64,000 nucleotides of DNA from an uncultured Erysipelotrichaceae bacterium (GCA_945877255.1 CAMCRE010000004.1:26484-90483), one strand, 5' to 3'; shown: positions 17,239-28,480, counted from the stretch's first letter. Numbers and translations: made by a program. Notes: generated from the sequence alone by a model not told the origin.

Positions 17239-17595
17239 TAATTCAGCTAAAATAGCTTTTAAAGTTTCTAACTCTTCATTAACAACTGGTTCTTTTTCAA
17301 CAACTGGTTCTTCTTTTTTGAATGCATTCGCTACTTTAACAACACAGAATACTGCAAATGCAACTAATAAGAAGTTAATTGTTGCATTTAAGAATTTTCC
17401 AATTCTAATTGCACCAACTGTAATCATTGAGAAATCTGGTTGTTGGAAAACAGCAGCGATAGCAGCCATTAATACGTCATTAACAAATGATGTTACAACA
17501 GCGCCAAATGCAGTCCCCATAATTACCGCAACTGCTAAATCTAACACATTTCCTCTCATCGCAAATGATTTAAATTCTTCTAAAAACTTTTTCAT
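17227..17595 (-). CDS. mscL: Large-conductance mechanosensitive channel
   Basis: FKSFAMRGNVLDLAVAVIMGTAFGAVVTSFVNDVLM is a typical MscL N-terminus. Confidence 0.95.
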   Translation of the reverse strand: MKKFLEEFKSFAMRGNVLDLAVAVIMGTAFGAVVTSFVNDVLMAAIAAVFQQPDFSMITVGAIRIGKFLNATINFLLVAFAVFCVVKVANAFKKEEPVVEKEPVVNEELETLKAILAELKNK

Positions 17596-17604
17596 CTTTT
17601 CCTC

Positions 17605-18015
17605 CTATTTTGAAATAAAACGTTTAGCAAAATTTTCTAGTTCAAGTAGATAACTATCGTCAGGTTGTTCTAACACAATTTGACCTTTTTCAAATAATAA
17701 AGCGCCAGCAGAAACAACACGTTCTTCCCAATTATTCATCCATTCTCCATCTCCCCAACCGTAAGAACCAAATAATGCAACGTTTTTATTTTCTAACGAT
17801 GGTAAAATCTCTTCAAAAAATGGTCCAAATTCAGAATCATCTAATTCTTCATCACCACATGCAGGACAGCCTAGTGCAATATAATCATATTCTGAAATCG
17901 TTGAAGCATCAAAATCAGAAACAAGTGTTTTTTCAACTCCGATCGCTGTAGCAAACGTTTCAGCTAAAATTTCTGTATTACCTGTACTAGTCCAATAGAT
18001 TACTACTTTTCTCAT
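17605..18015 (-). CDS. Short-chain flavodoxin
   Basis: VIYWTSTGNTE FMN-phosphate loop. Start at MRKVV behind GGAGG (the track start is 17 codons upstream). Confidence 0.85.
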   Translation of the reverse strand: MRKVVIYWTSTGNTEILAETFATAIGVEKTLVSDFDASTISEYDYIALGCPACGDEELDDSEFGPFFEEILPSLENKNVALFGSYGWGDGEWMNNWEERVVSAGALLFEKGQIVLEQPDDSYLLELENFAKRFISK

Positions 18016-18121
18016 AAGACCTCCTAAACTCATTAAAATAATAGCATATTCCGTACTATCATTCAAATATATTGCATAACTTCAAAAATAAAACGGATAA
18101 CAAATTTTATCCGTTTAAAAT

Positions 18122-19075
18122 CTATTGTAATACTTTATACTCTGAAACAACTTCACTAACTGGTTTAGCTTCTTCAATTTGTTTGATGATCTTACCTAAA
18201 ATTTCACCAACTGATAACACCTTAATTTTCTCGATTAACTTAGATTCTGGTATTTCAATTGTGTTTGTGCACACAAACTCAACAATACGCGATTGTTGTA
18301 TTCTTTCAATAGCAGGATTAGATAATACACCATGTGTACACGCTGTATATACTGCTTTTGCTCCATTTTCATATAACATTTCAATACCTGCTGTTAATGT
18401 TCCTGCCGTATCAACGATATCATCAATCACAATAGCTGTTTTATTTTGCACATCACCAATAATATTCATTGCTTCAGCAACGTTTGGTCTAGTACGTCTT
18501 TTATCAATAATTGCAATTGGACAATGTAAAATTTCAGCTAATTTTCTAGCTCTGTTTGTTCCACCATGATCAGGAGAAACAACTACAACATTTTCTAATT
18601 GTTTGCTTAAAAAATATTTTCCAATAATACCAATAGCTGTAATATCGTCAGCTGGAATATCAAAGAAACCTTGAATTTGTGTAGCATGTAAATCCATAGT
18701 AATAATACGTTTAGCACCCGCAACCTGTAATAAATCAGCAACTAATTTAGATGTAATTGGTTGACGTGGTTTAGCTTTACGATCTTGTCTTGCATATCCA
18801 AAATAAGGAATTACAACATTAATCATCCCCGCAGACGCTCTTTTACACGCATCAATAGCAATTAATAATTCAACTAAATGTGTAGAAACAGGATTATAAG
18901 TTGACTGTACAATATACACATTTTTACCACGTACAGATTCTTGTAATTCTACAAGAATTTCTCCATCTGCAAAATGAAATACATCACACTTTCCTACATC
19001 AATACCAATTTGTGCAGCGATTTCTTTCGCTAATTGTTTTGATGCAGATAACGCAAAAATAACAGTCTTACTCAT
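18122..19075 (-). CDS. prs: Ribose-phosphate pyrophosphokinase
   Basis: [10 protein letters not shown] and [15 protein letters not shown] loop. Start at MSKTV behind GAGGGGG. Confidence 0.95.
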   Translation of the reverse strand: MSKTVIFALSASKQLAKEIAAQIGIDVGKCDVFHFADGEILVELQESVRGKNVYIVQSTYNPVSTHLVELLIAIDACKRASAGMINVVIPYFGYARQDRKAKPRQPITSKLVADLLQVAGAKRIITMDLHATQIQGFFDIPADDITAIGIIGKYFLSKQLENVVVVSPDHGGTNRARKLAEILHCPIAIIDKRRTRPNVAEAMNIIGDVQNKTAIVIDDIVDTAGTLTAGIEMLYENGAKAVYTACTHGVLSNPAIERIQQSRIVEFVCTNTIEIPESKLIEKIKVLSVGEILGKIIKQIEEAKPVSEVVSEYKVLQ

Positions 19076-19712
19076 GTTTTCCCCCTCGTTTTTTTTCATA
19101 TAGTTTATTTCCGTATTGAACTTTATTCACTTGTTTTGCACGTGCTATTGCCATTTCACCTTCAAATACATCGCTCGTGATAGTTGATCCAGCCGCTAGC
19201 AACGCCTTATCTCCTATTGTAACTGGTGCAACAATATTAACGTTTGAACCAATAAAACAATGATTACCAATTACTGTTCTAAACTTATTAATACCATCGT
19301 AATTAACAGTTACAACACCACACCCAACATTAACGTATTCACCTACATCAGCATCACCTAAATATGTTAAATGGGCACATTTACTATAATCTCCGAATTT
19401 AACGTTTTTAAATTCCACAAAATTTCCAATTCGGGTATGATTCCCTACAACTGACTTGCCGCGAATATGGGCGAATGGACCAATTGTGACATCATTTTTT
19501 ACGATACTGTCGATAATCTTACTACTCTCAATCGTTACATTATCGCCGATTTCACTATTTTCAATCGTCGTATTAGGAAGAATAACACAATTACTACCTA
19601 TTTTTGTATTCCCTTTTAAAAAAACATTAGGATAAATAACTGTATTCTCACCAATTTCAACATTTTCATCTATATAAGTGTTATTTTTATCCAAGATTTG
19701 AAATTTTTTCAA
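19068..19712 (-). CDS. Stand-alone GlmU-type left-handed beta-helix acetyltransferase domain (no uridylyltransferase domain)
   Basis: The 214 aa align with the C-terminal half of GlmU (IGPFAHIRG...[11 protein letters not shown]...[11 protein letters not shown]...ARAKQ). TTG start with RBS AAAGGAG and its own TGtTATAAT promoter. Only 109 nt lie upstream before rsmA. Confidence 0.75.
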   Translation of the reverse strand: MKKFQILDKNNTYIDENVEIGENTVIYPNVFLKGNTKIGSNCVILPNTTIENSEIGDNVTIESSKIIDSIVKNDVTIGPFAHIRGKSVVGNHTRIGNFVEFKNVKFGDYSKCAHLTYLGDADVGEYVNVGCGVVTVNYDGINKFRTVIGNHCFIGSNVNIVAPVTIGDKALLAAGSTITSDVFEGEMAIARAKQVNKVQYGNKLYEKKRGGKHE

Positions 19713-19764
19713 AATATTTCTCCTTTAACAATAATATTTTACGCCTTTTTTTAATAAAAGACAA

Positions 19765-19803
19765 TTGAAATTATAACAAAAATAAAACTTGAATATTGAA
19801 TAA
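19765..19803 (-). terminator. Intrinsic terminator after rsmA
   Basis: AAACTTGAGTATT-attc-AATATTCAAGTTT followed by TATTTTTGTT on the minus strand. Confidence 0.75.
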
Positions 19804-19821
19804 TACTCAAGTTTATTAATT

Positions 19822-20640
19822 TCACAAATAATTCACACTTAAAAACAACTGTTCAAACTGTTCTAAAGTTAATTCTTGTGCACGTTGATTTTCTTTAATA
19901 CCACATTTTTCAAAATGATATAAAATATTATCTAAATGTTTTAAATTATTATATAACGTTTTTCGTCGCTGTTTAAAACAGCAATGTATAAACTCATAAA
20001 ATAATTTTTCGTTTAATGTCGTTCTATTTTTTTTCTCGATAAAACTAATAACAGCAGAATCAACATTAGGAACAGGCATAAAAATATTACGTGAAACATT
20101 TAAAGCTAATTTAATATCATATTTATATTGTGCTATAACACTTAAAGCATTATAATGCTTCGTATTTGGTTTTGCATTAAAACGATCTGCCACTTCTTTT
20201 TGCATCATAACCGTTATTTTTTTAAAAGAATATTCAAATAACTTAAATAAAATAGGTGTTGTAATATAATACGGTAAATTTGCAGCAACAACTGTATTTT
20301 CACCATACTTTTCAATAAAGGAACTTAAATTCACATTTAAAAAATCATCAAAAACAATTTCTAAATTATCAAATCGATTATCATTCCAATATGATTTTAA
20401 AGAATTATCAACTTCATAACTAATAACTTTTTTTCCATACAAACAAAGAAACTGTGTCAACGCACCAATACCAGGACCTATTTCTAATACGACATCATCG
20501 TCATTTTCAATAGCAACTCGTGCAATTTTCTCCACAATTTTTGGTTCAATAATAAAATTTTGACCAAATTTTTTCTTAGTATAAAGTTGGTATTTATCAC
20601 AAATTTCTCTTGTTTTTTTAATTGTTGCTACGTACGCCAC
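19822..20640 (-). CDS. rsmA: 16S rRNA (adenine1518/1519-N6)-dimethyltransferase
   Basis: KKFGQNFI and LEIGPGIGALT SAM motif. Confidence 0.95.
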   Translation of the reverse strand: MAYVATIKKTREICDKYQLYTKKKFGQNFIIEPKIVEKIARVAIENDDDVVLEIGPGIGALTQFLCLYGKKVISYEVDNSLKSYWNDNRFDNLEIVFDDFLNVNLSSFIEKYGENTVVAANLPYYITTPILFKLFEYSFKKITVMMQKEVADRFNAKPNTKHYNALSVIAQYKYDIKLALNVSRNIFMPVPNVDSAVISFIEKKNRTTLNEKLFYEFIHCCFKQRRKTLYNNLKHLDNILYHFEKCGIKENQRAQELTLEQFEQLFLSVNYL

Positions 20641-21175
20641 AATATCTCCTTTCTAAAATATCGGAAACTTCATCAATTCTCATACCTAACATATTTAATT
20701 TTTTATATAATGCCTTAAAATTACAATTTCCTAAATATAGTTCATCACAAATTAATTTCCGACGTTTAAATGCTTCGGGATGATTTGTTAGGTGGAGTGT
20801 TAAAAGTTCAGCGATCGTAACTGTTTCCTGATGAATTTCTTTCGTTATCACATGATGTAACGCTTCTTTTATAATATCAACTGAAGCATGTTCAATCCCT
20901 ACTTTATATTTCGTTTTCGCAAACTGTTTTGGAATATTTGCTTCCTTACAATTAGGAATGACATCACTAATTTTTTTTCTAATTTTATTCCCTACAACAT
21001 CCGGATCTAAAAATAAAATCAACCCTCTTTTTTCATGTAGTTGTTTCAACAACGCTAATTTACGATTCGTTATATGATAACCATATGTTATAAAACAATC
21101 GCAATCAAAAGCTTGCTTTATTTTGAAGGCATCATTTTTACCTTCTACTACAATTACTTCTTTAATTTTTCCCAT
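20618..21175 (-). CDS. rnmV: Ribonuclease M5 (Toprim)
   Basis: VIVVEGKNDAFKIKQAF and DPDVVGNKIR. Start taken at MGKIKEV; the track start at 21199 is an alternative. Confidence 0.8.
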   Translation of the reverse strand: MGKIKEVIVVEGKNDAFKIKQAFDCDCFITYGYHITNRKLALLKQLHEKRGLILFLDPDVVGNKIRKKISDVIPNCKEANIPKQFAKTKYKVGIEHASVDIIKEALHHVITKEIHQETVTIAELLTLHLTNHPEAFKRRKLICDELYLGNCNFKALYKKLNMLGMRIDEVSDILERRYCGVRSNN

Positions 21176-21920
21176 AAAATAATTTTTCGTAATTTTCAAT
21201 TAATTGATCTGATAACGATTCATTGCGAAGTTTTTCTAAAAACGCAAATGTAGCATGTATAAACGCTACTTCATTCACCTTACCACGATACGGAACTGGT
21301 GCTAAATACGGACAATCCGTCTCCACAAATATTTTATCTTTTGGTAATGATTTTGCAACTTCTAGTAAATTATTCGCATTTTTAAACGTTAATATCCCAC
21401 CAAATGAAATATAAAAACCAAAATCAACTAATATTTTAGCTGTTTCAAGACTACCACTAAAACAATGCATAATACCTTTTGTTTTACAATGTGCTAATAT
21501 CGTATCAACACAATCTTTTGTAGCATCACGCATATGTATTAAAACTGGTCTATGATACTTATTTGCGAGACTAATTTGCCTTACAAAACTATCAATTTGT
21601 TGCGACTTACTCACAACATTCCAATGGTAATCTAAACCAATTTCTCCTACCGCAATAATTTTATTTTCTTTTAATAATTGTTCTAATAAAATAAAATCAT
21701 CTTCTGTTGCAATATGTAGATCCGCTGGATGCACACCATATGCAATATCAATAAAATCATAACGTTGTTGTAATGTTAAAGCACGTTCAACTTCTGTTTT
21801 ATTTGTGCAAATGCACAATATTTTAATCACACCTTTTGATAAAGCATTTTGAATAATGTTATCTACATCTAAAAACAATTTATCACAAACAATGTGAGCA
21901 TGTGTATCTATAATTTTCAT
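21162..21920 (-). CDS. TatD-family metal-dependent hydrolase/DNase
   Basis: IDTHAH start, EIGLDYHW, ETDCPYL motifs. Confidence 0.9.
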   Translation of the reverse strand: MKIIDTHAHIVCDKLFLDVDNIIQNALSKGVIKILCICTNKTEVERALTLQQRYDFIDIAYGVHPADLHIATEDDFILLEQLLKENKIIAVGEIGLDYHWNVVSKSQQIDSFVRQISLANKYHRPVLIHMRDATKDCVDTILAHCKTKGIMHCFSGSLETAKILVDFGFYISFGGILTFKNANNLLEVAKSLPKDKIFVETDCPYLAPVPYRGKVNEVAFIHATFAFLEKLRNESLSDQLIENYEKLFYGKN

Positions 21921-21921
21921 A

Positions 21922-23253
21922 TTATTTCCCCAAGCAAAATTTCGAGAATAACGTATCTAATAAATCATCACTCTCCACAATACCAAAAATTTCTTTTAAA
22001 TATGTATAAGCATTTTCTAAATCAATCACAATTAAATCAACTTCAAACTGATTTTGACACGCATATAATGCTTGTTGCATTGCATATTTTGCTTTCAATA
22101 TTTGTGAAATATGACGCTCATTCGCAATAACATCTTCTCGTAATGCAAATGTATGCTGTGCATAGTATGCTTCTATTTTGTTAATCAAATCACCTATATC
22201 ATTTTGTTGTGCTGAAATCATTAAATCATATTGTTGTAATGCAATATCTTTTTTGTTATACACGACAATTGTATTTTTATTTTTCGTTAATTCTAGTAAT
22301 TGATTATCGTATTCAGTTAATGGTTTTGAGGCATCTAACACCAATAAAACTAAATCACTTTCTTCGATTGTTTTTTTACTTTTATCAATTCCTATTTGTT
22401 CAATGACATCTTCACTATCACGAATACCAGCTGTATCTAACAGCTGTAATGTTACAGTTGGTAAACGCACAAACCCTTCCACAATATCACGAGTTGTTCC
22501 CGCAATATCAGAAACAATCGCTTTATCTTCTTCTAAAAAAGCGTTTAACAAACTGCTTTTACCAACGTTTGGACGTCCAATAATTGCAGTTTTAATTCCT
22601 TCACGCATAATTTTACCACTTTTTGCGTGGTTTAAAATTAAATCAATATTTTTTAACCATTTCTCAATATTGACTTGTAAATTCGCTACTGTAACTTGTT
22701 CAATATCATCATATTCTGGATAATCGATATTTACTTCAATTGTAGCAATCATATTTAATAAAGAATCAATGAATGGATCTAATATTTTTTTTACACTACC
22801 ACGCAAAGAACGCATTGCTATCGCCATTTCATTATCACTTCTAGCAGAGATAATATCATCAATACTTTCAGCTTGTGTTAAATCAATTCTACCATTAATT
22901 ACAGCACGTTTAGTAAATTCACCCGGTAATGCTAATCTTGCCCCATTAGCTAAAACTAAAGACAATATTTTTTTTGTGATAAATACACCACCATGTGTAT
23001 TAATCTCAATAATGTTTTCTCGTGTAAACGTCTTTGGTGCTAAAAACACACTCACTATAACTTCATCAATAAGTTGATTATCTTCTTTAATGTACCCATA
23101 ATGCAACGTATGACTTGCAACGTTTGATAAATCTTTAGAAAATATTTTATTAATAACAGCTAATGCATCATCTCCACTAATTCTAATAATTGAAATCGCA
23201 CCTTGTGCTAAAGGTGTGGCAATTGCAGCTATCGTATCAAGCAACTTGAGCAC
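21922..23253 (-). CDS. mnmE: tRNA modification GTPase MnmE
   Basis: GRPNVGKSS, DTAGIR, NKKD and C-terminal FCLGK. Confidence 0.95.
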   Translation of the reverse strand: MLKLLDTIAAIATPLAQGAISIIRISGDDALAVINKIFSKDLSNVASHTLHYGYIKEDNQLIDEVIVSVFLAPKTFTRENIIEINTHGGVFITKKILSLVLANGARLALPGEFTKRAVINGRIDLTQAESIDDIISARSDNEMAIAMRSLRGSVKKILDPFIDSLLNMIATIEVNIDYPEYDDIEQVTVANLQVNIEKWLKNIDLILNHAKSGKIMREGIKTAIIGRPNVGKSSLLNAFLEEDKAIVSDIAGTTRDIVEGFVRLPTVTLQLLDTAGIRDSEDVIEQIGIDKSKKTIEESDLVLLVLDASKPLTEYDNQLLELTKNKNTIVVYNKKDIALQQYDLMISAQQNDIGDLINKIEAYYAQHTFALREDVIANERHISQILKAKYAMQQALYACQNQFEVDLIVIDLENAYTYLKEIFGIVESDDLLDTLFSKFCLGK

Positions 23254-24094
23254 CCCTTATTTTTTGAAGATAGTTTAATATTAATCCGCCCACAAAAATA
23301 TAAATTGGTAATAACATAATAGCTTTTACTAATCTAGGAATCATTAACACTAATATCGGAATATTTAACATTGCATGTAAATGTAATGATGTTAATAACA
23401 CATTCACCACAATTTCAATACACACCACAATTACTATCCAGCGATTAATTTGTAATTCATTCGCTATTTTGTTTTTTAATAATTTTTGCGAAAAAACAAT
23501 AACTAACCCTAACAATGAAATAATTAACCATGCTAAACCAATCAACAAGTATCTGTTTTCAACAATAAATACGACTTGTTGCAAGTTAATAACTAATGAC
23601 TCTAATTTGATTCTATTCACGAAAAATAATAAAACACTTGTTGTTATACCTAATCCTAGTAATAAGCCATATACAATATGTTTTGATATTGGTTTTTTAG
23701 TGTTAAAAATTAATGATCCTATTAAATAACATGCCACATAATTAAATGTAAAACCTAAATAAGGTGTACCTTGTGGATTAATTATTATTCCTAAAACATC
23801 AAAAACAATACCAGCTATTACTGCTAATAGCGGTGAAATTAATGTTCCACCAATTGCCATGAGTTGTTGGTGAAATCCGATTTTTAACACCATTACACCA
23901 CCAACATAAAATGAATATGATAAAACAATGCTTGTAACAAGTGGTATGACCACAAATAATGATGTCAGTATTAAATTTTGTGTTGTTATTTTATTGTTTT
24001 TTCTAATGAAAACTACTAACAAACACACAATTAACACTAAAAATATTATATTTCCTATTAAACCCTTACTACCTGATGCAAATAAAAAATTCAT
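23237..24094 (-). CDS. Polytopic membrane protein; ECF-type S component (folate?) only by context
   Basis: About 8 TM segments; overlaps mnmE and abuts folC. No motif firmly recognised. Confidence 0.35.
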   Translation of the reverse strand: MNFLFASGSKGLIGNIIFLVLIVCLLVVFIRKNNKITTQNLILTSLFVVIPLVTSIVLSYSFYVGGVMVLKIGFHQQLMAIGGTLISPLLAVIAGIVFDVLGIIINPQGTPYLGFTFNYVACYLIGSLIFNTKKPISKHIVYGLLLGLGITTSVLLFFVNRIKLESLVINLQQVVFIVENRYLLIGLAWLIISLLGLVIVFSQKLLKNKIANELQINRWIVIVVCIEIVVNVLLTSLHLHAMLNIPILVLMIPRLVKAIMLLPIYIFVGGLILNYLQKIRGAQVA

Positions 24095-24095
24095 A

Positions 24096-25274
24096 CTAAC
24101 TCCTTCTAATTAAATAATCACTAATAAAATATAACGAACCACAAATAACAATTAAACCTTGATAATTTTGGTGATCTAAAATAAATTGCTGTACATCAGC
24201 AATATATTCAACATCTAATGCACTAATTTCTTCATCCCCTATTGCACGTGGATAATCGAATTTAGTAATATACACATTACTAAAATTGTGCTTTAACTTT
24301 TCCAGCATCTCTTTATATGATTTATCTTTTAACGCTGAAAATACAATCTTTACATCTTTAAATGATTGTAATGTTTGAATTAACACTTCAATTCCTGCAA
24401 GATTATGTGCACCATCAACCATTACTAATGGTTTCTCACTAACGATTTCTGCACGACCACGCCAAAAAGCATTGTATAAGCCTTTAATAATTAATTCATC
24501 AGGAAAAGTTGGTTCATATGCCTTCACAACTTCTAATGCTAATATACTATTCTTAACTTGATAATCCGCAACCGTATTTAACACTATTTTTAAACCTTGA
24601 TAGTCAAATTGAATATTTTTGTTTTTTGTATAGGGTACATCATTATTCACTAATATGCATTTTGTATTTTTTTCAACACAAATTTTTTGATATAAATCAA
24701 AATGCGTTTTATCTGCACTAACAAAACAACTGTTTTCTTTGATAATACCAGCTTTTGTTTGTGCAATTTCAACTAATGTATTACCTAATATCGCTTCATG
24801 ATCAAAAGCAATATTCGTAATAGCAGAAACTATTGAATAAATAACATTTGTTGCATCTAATTCGCCACCTAATCCTACTTCAAACACACAGACATCCACT
24901 TGATTTTCAATAAAATACATTATTGCCATAAACATATCAATTTCAAATGACGATAAATTATATTTTCGCCATAATGCATCATATTGATTGTAATAAGCAA
25001 TGATTTTTTCATCTTCAATAAATTGATCATTTATTCTAATTCTATCATTGTGCTTCAATAAATAAGGACTTGTGAAAAGTCCTACTTTATATTTTAATTT
25101 TAATATGCTGGAAATATAATTTGATGTACTACCTTTACCATTTGTGCCTGCAATATGAATACATTTTAATTGCAATTGCGGATTGCCTATTTCCTGCAAA
25201 CATTTCTTGAATTCTTCAATTCCATACATTCGTTTCCTTGATTCAATTTCTGCAATAACTGATTTTATTTTCAT
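24096..25274 (-). CDS. folC: Folylpolyglutamate synthase/dihydrofolate synthase
   Basis: GTNGKGST P-loop, Mur-ligase architecture. Start at MKIKS. Confidence 0.9.
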   Translation of the reverse strand: MKIKSVIAEIESRKRMYGIEEFKKCLQEIGNPQLQLKCIHIAGTNGKGSTSNYISSILKLKYKVGLFTSPYLLKHNDRIRINDQFIEDEKIIAYYNQYDALWRKYNLSSFEIDMFMAIMYFIENQVDVCVFEVGLGGELDATNVIYSIVSAITNIAFDHEAILGNTLVEIAQTKAGIIKENSCFVSADKTHFDLYQKICVEKNTKCILVNNDVPYTKNKNIQFDYQGLKIVLNTVADYQVKNSILALEVVKAYEPTFPDELIIKGLYNAFWRGRAEIVSEKPLVMVDGAHNLAGIEVLIQTLQSFKDVKIVFSALKDKSYKEMLEKLKHNFSNVYITKFDYPRAIGDEEISALDVEYIADVQQFILDHQNYQGLIVICGSLYFISDYLIRRS

Positions 25275-25912
25275 ACAATCTCCCAATTAATTTCTTCTTG
25301 ATTTGTTTGTAGTAAATATTGATTCGTTTTGATAAATATTTGACTATTAAAAAACCCACGATATGCCGAAAGTGGCGAAGGATGTACAGCCTTGATCACA
25401 TAATGACGTGATGAATCTATCCATTTTGCAACTTCAAAAGCATTATTACCTAGTAATATAAATACGATATGTTCACGATGAACATTTAACGTTTCAATAA
25501 TGCGTTTTGTGAATATTTCCCAACCAAAATGACGATGTGAATTAGCTTTTTTAGCTTCAACGGTTAATACACGATTTAACAATAATACACCTTGTTTTGC
25601 CCAACAACTTAAATTTGTTTGATTATTTATAGTGTAGCCATACTCAATATTTAACTCTTTTTTAATATTTAATAAACTAGGTGGTGTTTTACCATGCAAA
25701 ACTGAAAAAGCTAACCCGTGTGCTTCACCTGCATTAATATATGGATCTTGTCCTATTATCACAACTTTAGTTTTTTCAAACGGGCATAATTCAAATGCTT
25801 TAAACCAATCTTCTTGATTTGGATATACTGTTTGTGAATTTGCAATTTTTTCCATCAAAGATTGATAATATTCTTTTTCTTGCTCTATTTTAATAATCGT
25901 ATCCCAGTTCAT
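25271..25912 (-). CDS. ung: Uracil-DNA glycosylase
   Basis: GQDPY, HPSPLSA motifs. Confidence 0.95.
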   Translation of the reverse strand: MNWDTIIKIEQEKEYYQSLMEKIANSQTVYPNQEDWFKAFELCPFEKTKVVIIGQDPYINAGEAHGLAFSVLHGKTPPSLLNIKKELNIEYGYTINNQTNLSCWAKQGVLLLNRVLTVEAKKANSHRHFGWEIFTKRIIETLNVHREHIVFILLGNNAFEVAKWIDSSRHYVIKAVHPSPLSAYRGFFNSQIFIKTNQYLLQTNQEEINWEIV

Positions 25913-26892
25913 TTTTTTACTTTTAAAGCGTATGTAGATTTAATTGTTTCTTTTAATTCATTTGTGATTTTAATATTTAATAGTTTAAATCCTTCTAGAG
26001 CAGCACCAATTACTGGTATAAACTCCCAAGATACAACTTCGATATTAGGATTAAACTCTTTAATCTTCGCAATTAATTCAGTTCTAAACACACCTGGTGC
26101 ATTTGCAAGTGAACCTACTAAAGCACATTTGCTATCTTGGATATCTAAATTTTCGTATACTGCTTTCACACATTCGCTTAATTCATAAACATTTTTATGT
26201 ACAATATCTAACGCATGTTTATCCCCAATATTCGCAAATCTCGTTACAACTGGTGCTAAATTAGCAGTTTTTAAACGATCATTATAATAAACTTCCATCA
26301 TCTCCATAACATCAACCATTTCATCTAATTTTAATTCTTCGATTAAATAAGATGAAAACGGTGTTTTTTCGATTCTTTTATCAAATGCTCGGACAGCATG
26401 TTTAATTGCATCTCGACCTAAAGCATATGCACTTCCAGCATCACCTTCTTTAAAACCATAGCCACCGCAACGATGTTGGTTATGTTTGTGATCTTTTCCA
26501 TATGCAGCTGCTTGTGTACTCGCAATTGCACACACACCATAATCGCCACCTAATCCCGCACTTAACGCATTATTAACGTCATTTGTGGAATGAATTATCG
26601 TTGTTGGTTCATAACAAGGTAATACACTCAACATATGATTGACGATTTCTTGATGTTCTTTCGTAACTAATCCTCCAAGTCCAGCATAAATCACATCTAC
26701 AGGACACATTGCGATACCCGCATCTTCAAACGCATTTTCCACTGCATCAAAAATATGATTTCTTGTGACATGTAACATAACAGTATTTAAACCACTTGCA
26801 GCAGCATTCCCAATACCTAACACTTCACCTTTTTCATTAAGCAGTGTTGCCATCGTTTTTGTTCCACCACCATCTATTCCAATAATATACAT
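25909..26892 (-). CDS. BadF/BadG/BcrA/BcrD-type ATPase (N-acetylglucosamine kinase-like)
   Basis: IGIDGGGTKT phosphate-1 motif; ASKHA fold length. Confidence 0.75.
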   Translation of the reverse strand: MYIIGIDGGGTKTMATLLNEKGEVLGIGNAAASGLNTVMLHVTRNHIFDAVENAFEDAGIAMCPVDVIYAGLGGLVTKEHQEIVNHMLSVLPCYEPTTIIHSTNDVNNALSAGLGGDYGVCAIASTQAAAYGKDHKHNQHRCGGYGFKEGDAGSAYALGRDAIKHAVRAFDKRIEKTPFSSYLIEELKLDEMVDVMEMMEVYYNDRLKTANLAPVVTRFANIGDKHALDIVHKNVYELSECVKAVYENLDIQDSKCALVGSLANAPGVFRTELIAKIKEFNPNIEVVSWEFIPVIGAALEGFKLLNIKITNELKETIKSTYALKVKK

Positions 26893-27005
26893 AGGATACC
26901 TCCATTTTTAAGTTTATTATAGCATAAAACATACTATATTGCATTACATATTACTTATCAATTACATCGTTTTTATGGTACAATATTTGCAGTCTAGGAG
27001 GCTTT

Positions 27006-27347
27006 ATGAAAACTGGAAAAGAATTTTCTATTATTTTATGTATTGCGTTATTAAGTACGTTTATTGCAAATTATTTACCATTACCAGCTAGTATTATATC
27101 ACTAATTATTTTATTTTTATTATTAATTTTAAAAATAGTAAAACCATCACATATTAAAACTACATCGAACTTTTTATTAATGTATATGCCATTATTTTTT
27201 ATTCCATCAACTGTAAAAATTATGGTTGATTATCATTTAATATCACCCTTTATTATTAATTATTTAATTATTTGTGTTATCTCCACAATTTTAACGTTTT
27301 TAGTGGCAGGTACAGTTGTTAAATTTGTTATGCGAGGTGGAAAATAA
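27006..27347 (+). CDS. lrgA: CidA/LrgA holin-like protein
   Basis: 113 aa, 4 TM, immediately followed (ATAATG overlap) by an LrgB-like gene. Confidence 0.8.
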   Translation: MKTGKEFSIILCIALLSTFIANYLPLPASIISLIILFLLLILKIVKPSHIKTTSNFLLMYMPLFFIPSTVKIMVDYHLISPFIINYLIICVISTILTFLVAGTVVKFVMRGGK

Positions 27348-28036
27348 TGGACGCAATTATTAAATCTCCTTTTTTTGGAATTTTTATTACATTTGTTGTT
27401 TATGAAGTAGTTGTATTTTTAAAAAAACATATCAAAAATGATTTATTTAATCCAACTATTATCACCACAATTATTATAATCATTTTACTTTCAATCACAA
27501 ACATTCCATATGAAAACTATAATAAAAGTGCTGCATTTTTATCTTCCTTGCTTTTACCTGCAACATGCGTATTAGCTTTGAATGTATATCATCAACGCCA
27601 CTTACTAAAAAAACATTTCGTCGCGATATTACTTGGTTGTATTTCTGGCGCTATTACAAGCATTATCTCGATTATTTTGCTGGCAAAAATATTCCCTGTC
27701 GATCCAATTATTGAAAAATCAATTTTAGCTAAATCAATCACTACTGCTATCGCAATTGATATTACAGCATCTCTAAACGGTATTATTTCAATCACTATCG
27801 TATCCGTTGTGTTTACAGGTATGATTGGTGCCATATTAGCACCTTTCTTAATCAAGTTGTTTAAATTCGATAATGAAATAGCACAAGGTTGTGCCATCGG
27901 AACTGCTTCACATGCTTTGGGAACCGCCAAAGCTATTGAGATAGGTGAAATTCAAGTTGCAATCGCAAGTGTTTCAATTATTATTACAGGTATTGCAACG
28001 GTGCTTATTATACTATTAATGACTTTATTAAATTAA
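27347..28036 (+). CDS. lrgB: CidB/LrgB family protein
   Basis: 229-aa polytopic protein with AQGCAIGTASHALGTA motif. Confidence 0.85.
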   Translation: MDAIIKSPFFGIFITFVVYEVVVFLKKHIKNDLFNPTIITTIIIIILLSITNIPYENYNKSAAFLSSLLLPATCVLALNVYHQRHLLKKHFVAILLGCISGAITSIISIILLAKIFPVDPIIEKSILAKSITTAIAIDITASLNGIISITIVSVVFTGMIGAILAPFLIKLFKFDNEIAQGCAIGTASHALGTAKAIEIGEIQVAIASVSIIITGIATVLIILLMTLLN

Positions 28037-28480
28037 TTTATCATTCTCTAACTGCAACAATTTTTGTTGCAGTTTTTTACCAAACGCATATCCTCTAATT
28101 TTACTGTTTTTACCTATTACACGATGACATGGAATAATAATCGCAATTTTATTTTTGTTGTTGGCATTTCCTACTGCTCGACACGCATTAATACGATTAA
28201 TTTTCACAGCAACATCTTGATACGACACTGTGTATCCATATGGTATTTCTAATAGTGCTTGCCATACTTGTACTTGAAAATCTGTCCCACTCATTTTTAT
28301 CGGAACACTAAATTTTTGACGCTTTCCTGCAAAATATTGTTTTAATTGCCGATGTGCTTCATCAGAAACAACAGTTCGAACACCTTCTTCATAATACTCC
28401 ACAAAACTTACACCTATTATAAAATTATCGTCGTACGTTATTTTAATCAAATAATCATCTATTTTATAAATATAAAACAT
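28028..28480 (-). CDS. ogt: Methylated-DNA-protein-cysteine methyltransferase
   Basis: IPCHRVIG active site. Confidence 0.9.
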   Translation of the reverse strand: MFYIYKIDDYLIKITYDDNFIIGVSFVEYYEEGVRTVVSDEAHRQLKQYFAGKRQKFSVPIKMSGTDFQVQVWQALLEIPYGYTVSYQDVAVKINRINACRAVGNANNKNKIAIIIPCHRVIGKNSKIRGYAFGKKLQQKLLQLENDKLI

